From an uncultured Gammaproteobacteria bacterium (lineage in GTDB: Bacteria; Patescibacteriota; Patescibacteriia; Magasanikbacterales; GWA2-37-8): 64,000 nt of DNA. This document shows positions 28,066 through 37,093 of this stretch, one piece after another. Below the pieces are notes generated by a model. The model worked only from the letters and a program-made list of their open reading frames with translations, ran no database searches and had not been told where the DNA came from. The DNA is taken from assembly GCA_964596525.1 (NCBI GenBank), contig CAZQUL010000001.1:140830-204829 (forward strand). The letters are read 5' to 3'. The translations under genes and the position numbers were made by a program. Position 1 is the first letter of the stretch. Each line of letters begins with the position of its first letter.

Positions 28066-29072
28066 ATTGTGCGGCGATCGATCATGGCGATGTTTTCGCG
28101 GCCGGTGCCGATAAGCGTAATAGGCACACCGAGATCGCGCTCAAGATGTTCGATGTAGGTCTTTGCTGGAGCACTCAAAGCATTCCAGGAATTCTTTCCT
28201 TCGTCTTGGGGAAAGAGATAATTGAGAAACTGCAGCGCGATCTGGGTAGGGCGGTTGAGACGGATGGCGCGTTTGACGATGTTAACATCGAATTCGGCGA
28301 CGCGGCGGATTTTTTTGGTGACGGTCGTGGTTTCGACTACCGGTTTGCCGATGCGCCGCGACAATTCTTCCCACGAAATTTCGTGCGGCAGGGGGCCAGA
28401 ATTGCCAGCAACACGGATGGGGAAGGTGCGGATGACGAGAATAATATCGGTGACGGAGCGCGGCGAGAGCCCGGCTTCGGCCAAAAAATTCGCAGCCGTG
28501 GTGTCGCGCGACGTGGTGAAGGGATATATGCCGTGATAGAGCGAGAGACCGAAGCCTTGGGTGCCTTCGACAAGCACGTGCTTGCCGCCATCGATAGCCT
28601 GGTTAAGGAGTTCGGCAACATCAGCGAGTTGCACGCCGGTCAGTACATCTTTGGCAAGCCTAAAGGTACGGCGGCCGATACGATCGATGAGCGCGGCGCC
28701 GCAACCTTTGCCCGTGCTGCCAATCGCGCGCATCAATTCGCGCTCGGACTCGGCATGACGCTCTTCAATAATACCGGCGGAAGGATCGATAAAAAGGCGT
28801 TTTTTCGTATTGGTCCGAATGATCTCATTCTTTAAAAGTTCCGGATCGATGAGGGCGCCTGCGCCAATAGCGAGCACGCACGCGTCATTCATGAACGTCG
28901 CCGGAATCTGTTGCAGCCGATACTCTTCACCCGCGACGAATACGGTGTGGCCAGCGTTGGGCGCGCCGGTCCGCACTGCCACATCAACTTCTGGCGCGAG
29001 ATAGGAGATGACTTTTCCTTTCGCTTCGGAACCGAATTGTCCGCCGATGACGACGGTAAGACGACCAGGCAT
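28062..29072 (-). CDS. purZ: PurZ/PurZ0-like adenylosuccinate-synthetase homolog (candidate 2-amino-deoxyadenylosuccinate synthase)
   Basis: GGQFGSEAKGK (Ser in place of the PurA catalytic Asp), PNAGHT, EGTQG, RTFPIRVAGNSG, TTVTKKIRRV, QFLNY; 336 aa. Confidence 0.75.
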   Translation of the reverse strand: MPGRLTVVIGGQFGSEAKGKVISYLAPEVDVAVRTGAPNAGHTVFVAGEEYRLQQIPATFMNDACVLAIGAGALIDPELLKNEIIRTNTKKRLFIDPSAGIIEERHAESERELMRAIGSTGKGCGAALIDRIGRRTFRLAKDVLTGVQLADVAELLNQAIDGGKHVLVEGTQGFGLSLYHGIYPFTTSRDTTAANFLAEAGLSPRSVTDIILVIRTFPIRVAGNSGPLPHEISWEELSRRIGKPVVETTTVTKKIRRVAEFDVNIVKRAIRLNRPTQIALQFLNYLFPQDEGKNSWNALSAPAKTYIEHLERDLGVPITLIGTGRENIAMIDRRTI

Positions 29073-29100
29073 ATCCAAAGATATGTAGTAATTTTACAGC

Positions 29101-29192
29101 AACGACCGCAGAAAAATCCGCGGCCGTAAGAGCTCGTACGACTATTCTTCAGAACCCCGAACAATCGGGATTCCGAAGAACTTCTTACTCGA
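29101..29192 (-). promoter_or_regulatory. structured leader/intergenic RNA upstream of purZ-like gene
   Basis: Minus strand: 16-bp stem ttcttcggaatcccga-ttgt-tcggggttctgaagaa enclosed by gtaaga/tcttac, then acggccgcgga-tttt-tctgcggtcgt. Confidence 0.45.
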
Positions 29193-29279
29193 TTATTTTC
29201 CGCAGGTGCAAGACGCTTCCGGGCATGGCTTGCCGGATTCGTGGTCATGCGGACACGACGTGCATTTTACTTCTTCCAT
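29193..29279 (-). CDS. 28-aa Cys/His-rich metallothionein-like peptide
   Basis: Translated by hand: MEEVKCTSCPHDHESGKPCPEASCTCGK*; below the ORF-track size cutoff. Confidence 0.6.
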   Translation of the reverse strand: MEEVKCTSCPHDHESGKPCPEASCTCGK

Positions 29280-29426
29280 ATACCAAGGCGTTAAGGTGAA
29301 TTAAACGACCTTTGCAAAGGGAAAGAGAGGCATTCTTTTCGAGCGTAGAGTGAAGTAACCGTAACACAAGAAAAAATAGAACGGAAGAGTGGGTAGGATA
29401 AATCATGATATAATTTATGAAATCGT

Positions 29427-32400
29427 ATGCCTCATTCTTTTTTGGCAGGAAGCGTCAAAGTGTTCACCGCTTTTCTCATTATAATCTGCACTATCTTCGG
29501 GAGGGGTTTTTTTCGTTTAAGCGCGGCTGAAGCGCGTGAAATTTCTGCATTTGAATCAGCTGCTGAACAAACACCGCGACACCATCGCTACGTGGAAGGC
29601 GAAGTAATCGTCAAACACCGCGACTCATCGTTCAATCTGCGTGATGTCGGCGGCCGGATACGCTCGCGGACGTTTTGGGAAACTCGAGGTTTAAATGTCG
29701 AGCGGGAATTCCGGCGGCAGAATATAAACGTACTCAAGAGCCGCCGCGGACAAACAACCGAAGCAATGGTAAACGAACTCCGAAATGACCCGAACGTGGC
29801 ATTCGTTCAGCCCAACTACATCTACACGCCCGGCGCGATCGCGACCGACGATACGCTCCGCGAGAGTCTCTGGGGGCTCGATAACAGCGGGCAGACGGTA
29901 AACGGTTTGGCCGGTACAACAAACGCGGATATCAATGCACCCGAAGCCTGGGCCATCAACGAAGGTACGAACACAACGACGATCGTGGCCGTCATCGACA
30001 CCGGTGTTGCGTATAACCACCCAGATCTTCTGGCCAACATGTGGGATGGCACAAACTGCAAAGACGCGAACGGCAACGCACTCGGCAACTGCATTCACGG
30101 ATATGATTATGAAGACGGCGATAAAAATCCGGCACCGACTCATAACACGCACGGCACGCACGTGGCTGGCACCATCGCGGCGGTCAAAAATAATACAAAA
30201 GGCATTATCGGCGTTGCCCCGAACGTGCACATCATGGCACTCAAATCGAGCCTCACGACGACGAACATCATCAATGCTATGGATTTCGCCGAACAGAATG
30301 GCGCACGCATCATTAATGCCAGCTGGGGCGGTCCATCGAATGATCTCGCGCTCAAAGCCGCGATCGATGCGTTTCCTGGAATTTTTATAGCTGCAGCCGG
30401 CAACGATGCTTCGAATAACGATTCGACGCCTACTTATCCCTGCAACTTTACCTCTGCCAACCTTATCTGCGTTGCCGCCACCACGCAGACCGATGGCCTC
30501 GCTTCGTTTTCTAACTACGGCGCGACGAGTGTAGATGTAGGCGCACCCGGCACGAACATTTTAAGCGCCATCGATTCGTCGACCAAACTCAATGAAACGT
30601 TTCAGAGTCTTACGCCTCCGACATTACCTTCTGGCTGGACCACGACCGGCACGGCTGCCGCTTGGGCCACCGTCAACATCAGTGATTCTGGCACTATGCT
30701 CACGCCAGATCCGAATAATCCCTACGCCGACAACGCGAGCTCGTCCATCATTTCTTCATCGTTCGATCTTTCCACGTCGACCGGCGCGACATTCGATTTT
30801 CTCGCCCGCTGCCAAACCGAATACGCCACTACGAGCTGGCGCGATTACATGATCTTGGATTTTGGCTCGAGCAGCACCACGTTTACGGAATTCACCCGTT
30901 TCGATCAAGCCCAGCTCGATTTTTACAATGGCGTAAGTAATCCGGCAGGTACGGCCACGTATCATTTTCAAAATCTGCAAATTCCCACGCACTTTCTTAC
31001 CAGCACGTTCACGTTCCGTTTCCGTTGGATCACGAACGGCACGGACAACGCGTATGCCGGCTGCGCGGTCGATAACATCACGCTTGTCAGTTTCAGCGAT
31101 GGCGCGGATGAAAAGTACGGTTTCCTGAACGGTACGTCCATGGCTACGCCGCACGTGGTGGGCCTGGCCGGGCTCCTTCTCGGGTACAAACCAAACCTCA
31201 GCATATCGCAGCTCAAAACCGCCATCTTAAACACCGGCACGACGCTCGCGGGCCTTACCGGCAAAAGCACCACTGCCAAACGCATCGATGCCTACGCCGC
31301 GCTCGTTTCCGTTACCCCGCCGACCGCGGTAACATCCACTCCTCCAAGCGGATCAAGCAGCGTCGCGCTCTCGACCGTGCCGACTGTCACGTTTTCCAAA
31401 ACCATGGACACTTCGACCCTCGCGAGCGGCATTGAACTCCGGCTGTACGCCACGGATGCGCGGGTAACAACCACCGTTTCGAGTACTTTAAACCCGACGA
31501 TCGCTGTGGTACCAAGCGTAAGTTTGGCGCCCAGCACAACGTATTATCTCTTCGTCTCAACGAGCGTTAAAGATGCGGACGGCAATAATCTGGAAATACC
31601 CTGGAGTGCAGCCGACAAGGCCGCACACGCTTTTACCACCGGTCCCGATACGACCGCGCCCGTAATTACCATCCTTGGTGATAACCCCACCTCAACCCTG
31701 CGCGGTCTTATTTACATCGACCCAGGCGCAACGGCGCTCGATGACGTGGACGGCTCGGTTGCTGTTACGGTGACCGGCACGGTTGCCACCAGTACGGCAG
31801 GCGCATACAGCATCGTGTATTCGGCAACGGATAGCTCTTCCAACACCGCATTTGCCACGCGCACCGTGAACGTGGTGGCCGATACTACTGCACCCGTTAT
31901 CACCCTTAATGGTTCGAGCGTCATTACCATGTATGTCCGCGATATTTTTAATGACCCGGGCGCGTCGGCCATCGATAACGTCGACGGCAGTGTGAGCGTT
32001 TCAATTTCCGGATCGGTGAATATTACGAACGCCGGCAGTTACACGCTCACCTACACGGCCACGGATTCTTCGGGCAACATTGCAACCGTCACGCGCACAG
32101 TGAACGTCACCATTCCACCAGGCGGCGGAGGTGGGGGCGGTGGGGGTGGAGGCGGAGGTGGAGGTTACTCGGCTCCATCGTACACTGCGCCAACCACTCT
32201 TCCGGTAGCCGTTACGAGCACGCGGCTTACTGCACCGCTTCTAAGCCCGACGCCGATTGGACAATTCTTCCCTTTGAATATTCCGCTGACACCCGACACG
32301 ACAAGCATCGTCACCAGCGAAACGCCCCCCGCTCCCCCACCGTCCCGCATCGAAACGCTTCTCAAAAATCTCAAACCCGGCGATCGTAAAACGCAGGTAA

Positions 32401-32708
32401 AGGAATTACAGATTGAATTACAACGACTCGGATTCCTCAGTAAATCCATCACCCCCACCACGCTCTACGGCACAGCAACGGATGCAGCCGTAAAAAAATA
32501 CCGCGCCTCGCTTGCCAAAAAACCAGTTGTCGCCACGCCGACCATCGACGAACTCATCGCCACCACCAAATTCGGCACCACAAGCGACAAAGTGCGACAA
32601 CTCCAAACCTTGCTTAAAAATCTAGGCTTTCTCAAAGCTTCTCCTACCGGTTACTACGGCGCCGCAACGCGCACAGCGGTAACGGAGTATACAAAAAGTA
32701 AACGATAA
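29427..32708 (+). CDS. secreted S8 (subtilase) serine protease with Ig-like, 2x DUF5011 and peptidoglycan-binding domains
   Basis: VAVIDTG, HGTHVAG, GTSMATP triad; DTTAPVIT..DPGATALD repeats; poly-Gly linker; C-terminal TGYYGAATRTAV. Confidence 0.93.
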   Translation: MPHSFLAGSVKVFTAFLIIICTIFGRGFFRLSAAEAREISAFESAAEQTPRHHRYVEGEVIVKHRDSSFNLRDVGGRIRSRTFWETRGLNVEREFRRQNINVLKSRRGQTTEAMVNELRNDPNVAFVQPNYIYTPGAIATDDTLRESLWGLDNSGQTVNGLAGTTNADINAPEAWAINEGTNTTTIVAVIDTGVAYNHPDLLANMWDGTNCKDANGNALGNCIHGYDYEDGDKNPAPTHNTHGTHVAGTIAAVKNNTKGIIGVAPNVHIMALKSSLTTTNIINAMDFAEQNGARIINASWGGPSNDLALKAAIDAFPGIFIAAAGNDASNNDSTPTYPCNFTSANLICVAATTQTDGLASFSNYGATSVDVGAPGTNILSAIDSSTKLNETFQSLTPPTLPSGWTTTGTAAAWATVNISDSGTMLTPDPNNPYADNASSSIISSSFDLSTSTGATFDFLARCQTEYATTSWRDYMILDFGSSSTTFTEFTRFDQAQLDFYNGVSNPAGTATYHFQNLQIPTHFLTSTFTFRFRWITNGTDNAYAGCAVDNITLVSFSDGADEKYGFLNGTSMATPHVVGLAGLLLGYKPNLSISQLKTAILNTGTTLAGLTGKSTTAKRIDAYAALVSVTPPTAVTSTPPSGSSSVALSTVPTVTFSKTMDTSTLASGIELRLYATDARVTTTVSSTLNPTIAVVPSVSLAPSTTYYLFVSTSVKDADGNNLEIPWSAADKAAHAFTTGPDTTAPVITILGDNPTSTLRGLIYIDPGATALDDVDGSVAVTVTGTVATSTAGAYSIVYSATDSSSNTAFATRTVNVVADTTAPVITLNGSSVITMYVRDIFNDPGASAIDNVDGSVSVSISGSVNITNAGSYTLTYTATDSSGNIATVTRTVNVTIPPGGGGGGGGGGGGGGGYSAPSYTAPTTLPVAVTSTRLTAPLLSPTPIGQFFPLNIPLTPDTTSIVTSETPPAPPPSRIETLLKNLKPGDRKTQVKELQIELQRLGFLSKSITPTTLYGTATDAAVKKYRASLAKKPVVATPTIDELIATTKFGTTSDKVRQLQTLLKNLGFLKASPTGYYGAATRTAVTEYTKSKR

Positions 32709-32710
32709 AC

Positions 32711-32746
32711 AAAAGCTCCGCGATCAGGTTGTCGCGGAGTTTTTTT
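32711..32746. terminator. bidirectional terminator (repeated in paralog units)
   Basis: aaaagctccgcgatcaggttgtcgcggagttttttt; related copies at 33271-33307 and 33893-33918. Confidence 0.75.
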
Positions 32747-32760
32747 ACAACGAATCAATT

Positions 32761-33177
32761 CTAGGCCGCCGCCTTTACGATTTCCGGCGGCACTACCCCC
32801 TCAGCAATACACCACGGCTCGCTTGGCAGCTCCCGCGATTCGAGAAGATATTCGTCGACATCGAAAGAGTTGGCCATACCTCCATGTTTTTTGGTAGCCA
32901 TAAAAACGCACGTGGTGCCGCGCTGCACTACCAGTTGGCGGATAATGGTGCGCGTATCGGCCAAGGGACTCAGGTGGTCCGCGGTACGCTGCACGGCACA
33001 GAGCGTGTAGTCATCCTGCTTGAAAGTCCATGTGGATATTTCTAGGCGATATCCCGAACAGCAGCCCGATTCACACTCCCGAACGGCAGAATGGGCAACG
33101 CACTCCGGCGTCGAACACGCGCTTGTGATGTGACGCCATAAAACTTCACACGCAGCAGGGTCTTGGTTTTCAGACAT
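32761..33177 (-). CDS. hypothetical protein, tandem paralog 1
   Basis: ggagg RBS; CEVLW..ATKKHGG..LPSEPW..EGVVPPE. Confidence 0.75.
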   Translation of the reverse strand: MSENQDPAACEVLWRHITSACSTPECVAHSAVRECESGCCSGYRLEISTWTFKQDDYTLCAVQRTADHLSPLADTRTIIRQLVVQRGTTCVFMATKKHGGMANSFDVDEYLLESRELPSEPWCIAEGVVPPEIVKAAA

Positions 33178-33324
33178 TGACATCCTCCCTCGATCGTTTT
33201 GTTCGTGTGAACCGTAACACAGCGAAACAAAAAGTCAACGGTGGATACGATCAGAATACAAATTATTAACAAAAGCTCCGCGATCAGATGACCGTGGAGC
33301 TAGTTTTGGCACTCAAGGGACTTT

Positions 33325-33744
33325 CTAGGCCACCGCGTTCGCGAGCTCAGGCGGAATGACACCCTCGGCGACGCGCCACATTTCGCTCGGCAGCTCCTCC
33401 GAGCTGCTCGGTATTCCGTGGGCATCGAACTTTTTCAAGGTTCCCCCTTCCTTTTTACTGGCCGAAAAGATCGCCTCTTCGCCACAATGGATACTCAATC
33501 GCAACGTCGCCGTACACTTGTCCAAAAGAGGAGTCTTGGTTTTGACAAGGAACGACGTGGCGCGAATTGTATAACCGCCGTGCTCGAGCGTCCACGTACG
33601 AATCTCATTGGACGCACTCATGCCGCGGAAACCGCACGACATACTGTCGGAATCCGTGGTACGCTCATCCTGCCCAAGGCTTGTGACCAGATCCCACAAA
33701 GCCTGGCAAGAAAGAATGCCGTTATTCTGCTGATTTTCGGACAT
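33325..33744 (-). CDS. hypothetical protein, tandem paralog 2
   Basis: aggagg RBS; CQALW..ASKKEGG..LPSEMW..EGVIPPE. Confidence 0.75.
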   Translation of the reverse strand: MSENQQNNGILSCQALWDLVTSLGQDERTTDSDSMSCGFRGMSASNEIRTWTLEHGGYTIRATSFLVKTKTPLLDKCTATLRLSIHCGEEAIFSASKKEGGTLKKFDAHGIPSSSEELPSEMWRVAEGVIPPELANAVA

Positions 33745-33938
33745 GACAACCTCCTCTCAATTCTGGTAGTTGACAGAACGGAATACTCTAGCAAAAAATT
33801 AGCACAAAGTCAACCGTATCTGTGGTTATGTTTTCTTTGGTATTAAAAAATCAGATTGCGTGCACCACACAAAAATCATTTAAAAAAACGAAATCTCCGC
33901 GACAACAATCGCGGAGATATACACGAAGAACGAAGTGA

Positions 33939-34352
33939 TTAAGCCGCAGGTCGGAGGAACAATTCCGGCACCGCGCCAGACCGTATCTTCCACGGTTCGA
34001 CCGCATAGTCTTCGATACCCAGATAGCGCTCGTCGACACCGAAATTTTTTCTCTGGCCGCCTTCGGCTTTGGAGGCAGAAAAAACGACTGCCTTGTCTTT
34101 CATGATTTCGATGGCGCGGTCATGCTTCAGATCTTCGAATGACGGGCAAAACGAACTCATCTTCATCCTCGTGGCTCGGATGGTAAACCCGTCTTCGTCA
34201 AAGTACCAGATTTCGAGTTCGAAACCATACCCACCCCGGTGCGAACCATTCGATGTTGAGCCGGAATCTTTGTTGAGTTTTGGCTCGCGACCGGTCGTAA
34301 AGCGCTTCCACAACGCTTCACAATCCACGGTCGCAGGTGAGGTGTTCGACAT
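33939..34352 (-). CDS. hypothetical protein, tandem paralog 3
   Basis: aaggag RBS; CEALW..ASKAEGG..VEPW..GAVPE. Confidence 0.75.
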   Translation of the reverse strand: MSNTSPATVDCEALWKRFTTGREPKLNKDSGSTSNGSHRGGYGFELEIWYFDEDGFTIRATRMKMSSFCPSFEDLKHDRAIEIMKDKAVVFSASKAEGGQRKNFGVDERYLGIEDYAVEPWKIRSGAVPELFLRPAA

Positions 34353-34408
34353 GACGTACTCCTTTACTACAAGAACCGAGGACAACGTAGCAGACGAAAA
34401 GAAAAAGG

Positions 34409-35383
34409 TCAATTACCACGTTTTTCACCGTCAACGCTCGGCACCACGTACAACCGCACCACAATGGCGCCAAACAAAAATACTTGCGACATGTAATAGA
34501 ACCACAATACGAAGAGCACGAGCGCCGAAGCTGCACCATAGCCCGTAAACGCCGTGCTTGACCCGAGGTACAACCCGAGAAGCAGTTTGCTGACCATGAA
34601 AAACGCACCCGTGATCGCTCCGCCGATGAGCGCTGGCCTCCACGCCAAACGTTTGGACGGCAACACTTTGTACGTCAGCGCCAAAAAAACCGAGATGAGC
34701 GCAAACGATACCACAAAATCAATGATATGCCCCACCACCACAGCCTGTGGCATCATTCGAGAAAGTGCGCCGCCAAAGGCCGTAAGCAGCGCGCTCAACG
34801 CAAGCGAAACGAGAAGAAGAAATCCGATGGAGAGCACCATCCCAAACGACAAGAGTTTCTGACGAATAAAAAGCCATACACCGCGGCGCACGGTTTTGTC
34901 GGGCAGGTTCTCAAAGATGGTGTTGAGCGCAGTTTGCAGCTGCGAAAAAATTCCAGCTGCACCGATAAGAAGTACAACAAAACCAACGATACTCAGCACA
35001 ATATCCGCCCCTTCAGTTGCCCGTGCACGAATAAGCGATTCAATAAATTCTCCGCCCCGCGGCCCGAACGTAGCGTTGAACTGATCTATCACCGCGGTTT
35101 GTGCCGCTGTTCGGTCGAGAAAGATCCCCGCGACAGAAATAGCGATAACGAGAAGCGGCGCGATGGAAAAAATGGTGTAGTACGCAATCGATGCGCCAAA
35201 TGTACCAACTCTGGCCGATGACCATAGCGCGGAAATTCTTTTGGCATGCGCAACGATCGGTGCAAAGCGATCACGCCAGGACGCTGTCTTTGGGGCAGTA
35301 TCGGAAACCACATTTTTTTCAAGATACGTTGAGCGGATAAAAACGACGAGCGACGTGAGAAGAACTTTAGACGTGAATTTCAT
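34409..35383 (-). CDS. YihY/virulence factor BrkB family membrane protein
   Basis: ASIAYYTIFSIAPLL, LQTALNTI, YGAASALVLFVLWFYY. Confidence 0.9.
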   Translation of the reverse strand: MKFTSKVLLTSLVVFIRSTYLEKNVVSDTAPKTASWRDRFAPIVAHAKRISALWSSARVGTFGASIAYYTIFSIAPLLVIAISVAGIFLDRTAAQTAVIDQFNATFGPRGGEFIESLIRARATEGADIVLSIVGFVVLLIGAAGIFSQLQTALNTIFENLPDKTVRRGVWLFIRQKLLSFGMVLSIGFLLLVSLALSALLTAFGGALSRMMPQAVVVGHIIDFVVSFALISVFLALTYKVLPSKRLAWRPALIGGAITGAFFMVSKLLLGLYLGSSTAFTGYGAASALVLFVLWFYYMSQVFLFGAIVVRLYVVPSVDGEKRGN

Positions 35384-35494
35384 AGGCGTTTCTTACGACA
35401 CTACTACCGTAGCACGTAACGCCCAAGTCGGGGATAGCGGGAGTGACCAACCAAAAACACCGGGCTAAGATCCCGGTGTTTTTTAAGAGAAGAC

Positions 35495-35917
35495 TTATTT
35501 AACTTTTACGTAGAATCCTTCACTTCCGTAGAGCGTATACGTACCATCGCCTTTGTCTTGCGCGTAGACTTCTACATTCTTACCAATATGCTTCTCCAGA
35601 TCGCCGATACTCTCGGCACCCTGGACCGAACCTACAGTGTCGCGGCTCCAGCCCATCAGGACCGTAACGTGTTTCTTGTCGACGACGACGTAGCATTCGC
35701 CGTCAACGAAGCAGCCGACGTTTACTTCTTGGAGTTTACCGGTGAAGTTAGCGACTTTGAGTTTGGTGGCGGGTTGTTGAACGGTGGTGGTGGGGGCTGG
35801 GATGCGGGCGGTGTCTTGAGGCGTACTAGTTTGAGTGACGGGCTGAGAGGAAGCGCAGCCAGCGGCGAGGAGGAGAACGGCGAAGATGGCGGTGAGGAGA
35901 GGGGTTTTGGGGGACAT
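35495..35917 (-). CDS. putative lipoprotein
   Basis: LAAGC lipobox; GCFVDGEC. Confidence 0.75.
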   Translation of the reverse strand: MSPKTPLLTAIFAVLLLAAGCASSQPVTQTSTPQDTARIPAPTTTVQQPATKLKVANFTGKLQEVNVGCFVDGECYVVVDKKHVTVLMGWSRDTVGSVQGAESIGDLEKHIGKNVEVYAQDKGDGTYTLYGSEGFYVKVK

Positions 35918-36050
35918 ATGGAAAGTTAAGATGAATAGCAACTACTTGCAAGAACGATCCTGCCCGACTCTTTATTACACCTACCCATATACTAAAATTA
36001 GCGACTAAAGCTTGATTTTAAGTAAGTCATTTTTAGCAAAGAGAGAATAT

Positions 36051-36656
36051 TCATAAATTTTTATACTTCGCCATCTTCTTCAATTTCTCTCCAACGGATG
36101 TTGTTGTTATATATTGCAATAATTTTACCTGTTCAACAATTAGTTTTGATGGTCCAAAAGGTTGCCACCAATATTCATCTTCTTCAAAAAATTTTATCTT
36201 TTGTTTTTTAGATTCATATTCTTGCTTGCTTTGACTCTCCTCGCTATATTGAACAAATCTTTCTATAATAATACGACTTTTTTCTCGCCAAAGATCTGGC
36301 AAACTATAAGCCTCAGAAAGTTCTTTATTTATTAAAATGCATGTATTAAAAAAATTATCAACGAGCCTTAAATCCCTACCATCAAAAGTCTTAGCAAATA
36401 AATGCTTGTACTTGTTCCAGCTATTTTCAAAAGGAAGTTGTCTAATACTTGTCAGGTTAATTCCGTTTATTTTGATGTTATCAAATAAATTTTCACAATC
36501 AATAATCTCCACTAAAATTATCTTCGCTGCCTTTACCTTCTCTTCCTCTTTTTGTTGAAGCCAAATAATATAGGCAATAAAGGCCGTCACTAAGGTTGCA
36601 AAGCCCGCAAAAAATTCAGAATTAAGGACTGACCAGATTAACTTTAAAAAAAACAT
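36051..36656 (-). CDS. low-GC hypothetical membrane-anchored protein
   Basis: 201-aa ORF with N-terminal TM in an AT-rich patch next to the tRNA 3' end. Confidence 0.7.
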   Translation of the reverse strand: MFFLKLIWSVLNSEFFAGFATLVTAFIAYIIWLQQKEEEKVKAAKIILVEIIDCENLFDNIKINGINLTSIRQLPFENSWNKYKHLFAKTFDGRDLRLVDNFFNTCILINKELSEAYSLPDLWREKSRIIIERFVQYSEESQSKQEYESKKQKIKFFEEDEYWWQPFGPSKLIVEQVKLLQYITTTSVGEKLKKMAKYKNL

Positions 36657-36752
36657 ATTTTAGTTTCCATTTAAGAAAAACTAAGAGTATCAAGCTAACA
36701 GTTGCTATTTTAGGAATACTTTACTGAGAAATTGGCTATCACTTTAATAAAC

Positions 36753-36880
36753 TCAAGTACGTTTTCCAATCTTATCAATAATTGTAATTCGGCTCGGATG
36801 TACTTCTTCCAAAAATTCCTTCGCCGTGCCACCTTTTTCTACAACCCCTCTTATACGTACATTTATATTACACTTCGTTA
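36753..36880 (-). pseudogene. possible 3' remnant of a gene
   Basis: Start-less frame ..NVRIRGVVEKGGTAKEFLEEVHPSRITIIDKIGKRT* just downstream of the tRNA. Confidence 0.3.
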
Positions 36881-36903
36881 ATTAAAGAAGATAAAACTTA
36901 TCG

Positions 36904-36990
36904 CGGAAGGGGCGAGATTCGAACTCGCGGTACCCTTGCGGGCACGACAGTTTTCAAGACTGTTGCCTTAAACCACTCGGCCACCCTTCC
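36904..36990 (-). tRNA. tRNA-Ser (anticodon UGA)
   Basis: GGAAGGG acceptor, TGGCCGAGTGGTTTAAGGC D-arm, ACAGT-CT-TGA-AA-ACTGT, long variable arm, GTTCGAATC T-loop; CCA not encoded. Confidence 0.96.
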
Positions 36991-37093
36991 AACGGACATT
37001 TACCGCCTTACCCTACCAAACCCTGCTGTACTTTTCAAGAATCAAAAAACCGCCATCCTCGGGGACAGCGGCGCGGGTCAGAGAGCTTGAGTA

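Noticed and set aside
28062-29078. Routine purA call
   Set aside because: The catalytic Asp, TRVG, TGR.R and TKxD signatures of PurA are all replaced by PurZ-type residues.
27448-29279. Claim that this organism has a Z-substituted genome or that this is a prophage
   Set aside because: No DatZ, MazZ, DpoZ, purB or phage genes were recognised nearby, and sequence alone cannot show base modification.
32121-32166. GGN tandem repeat as a contingency locus
   Set aside because: It encodes an in-frame poly-Gly linker with mixed codons, common in such surface proteins.
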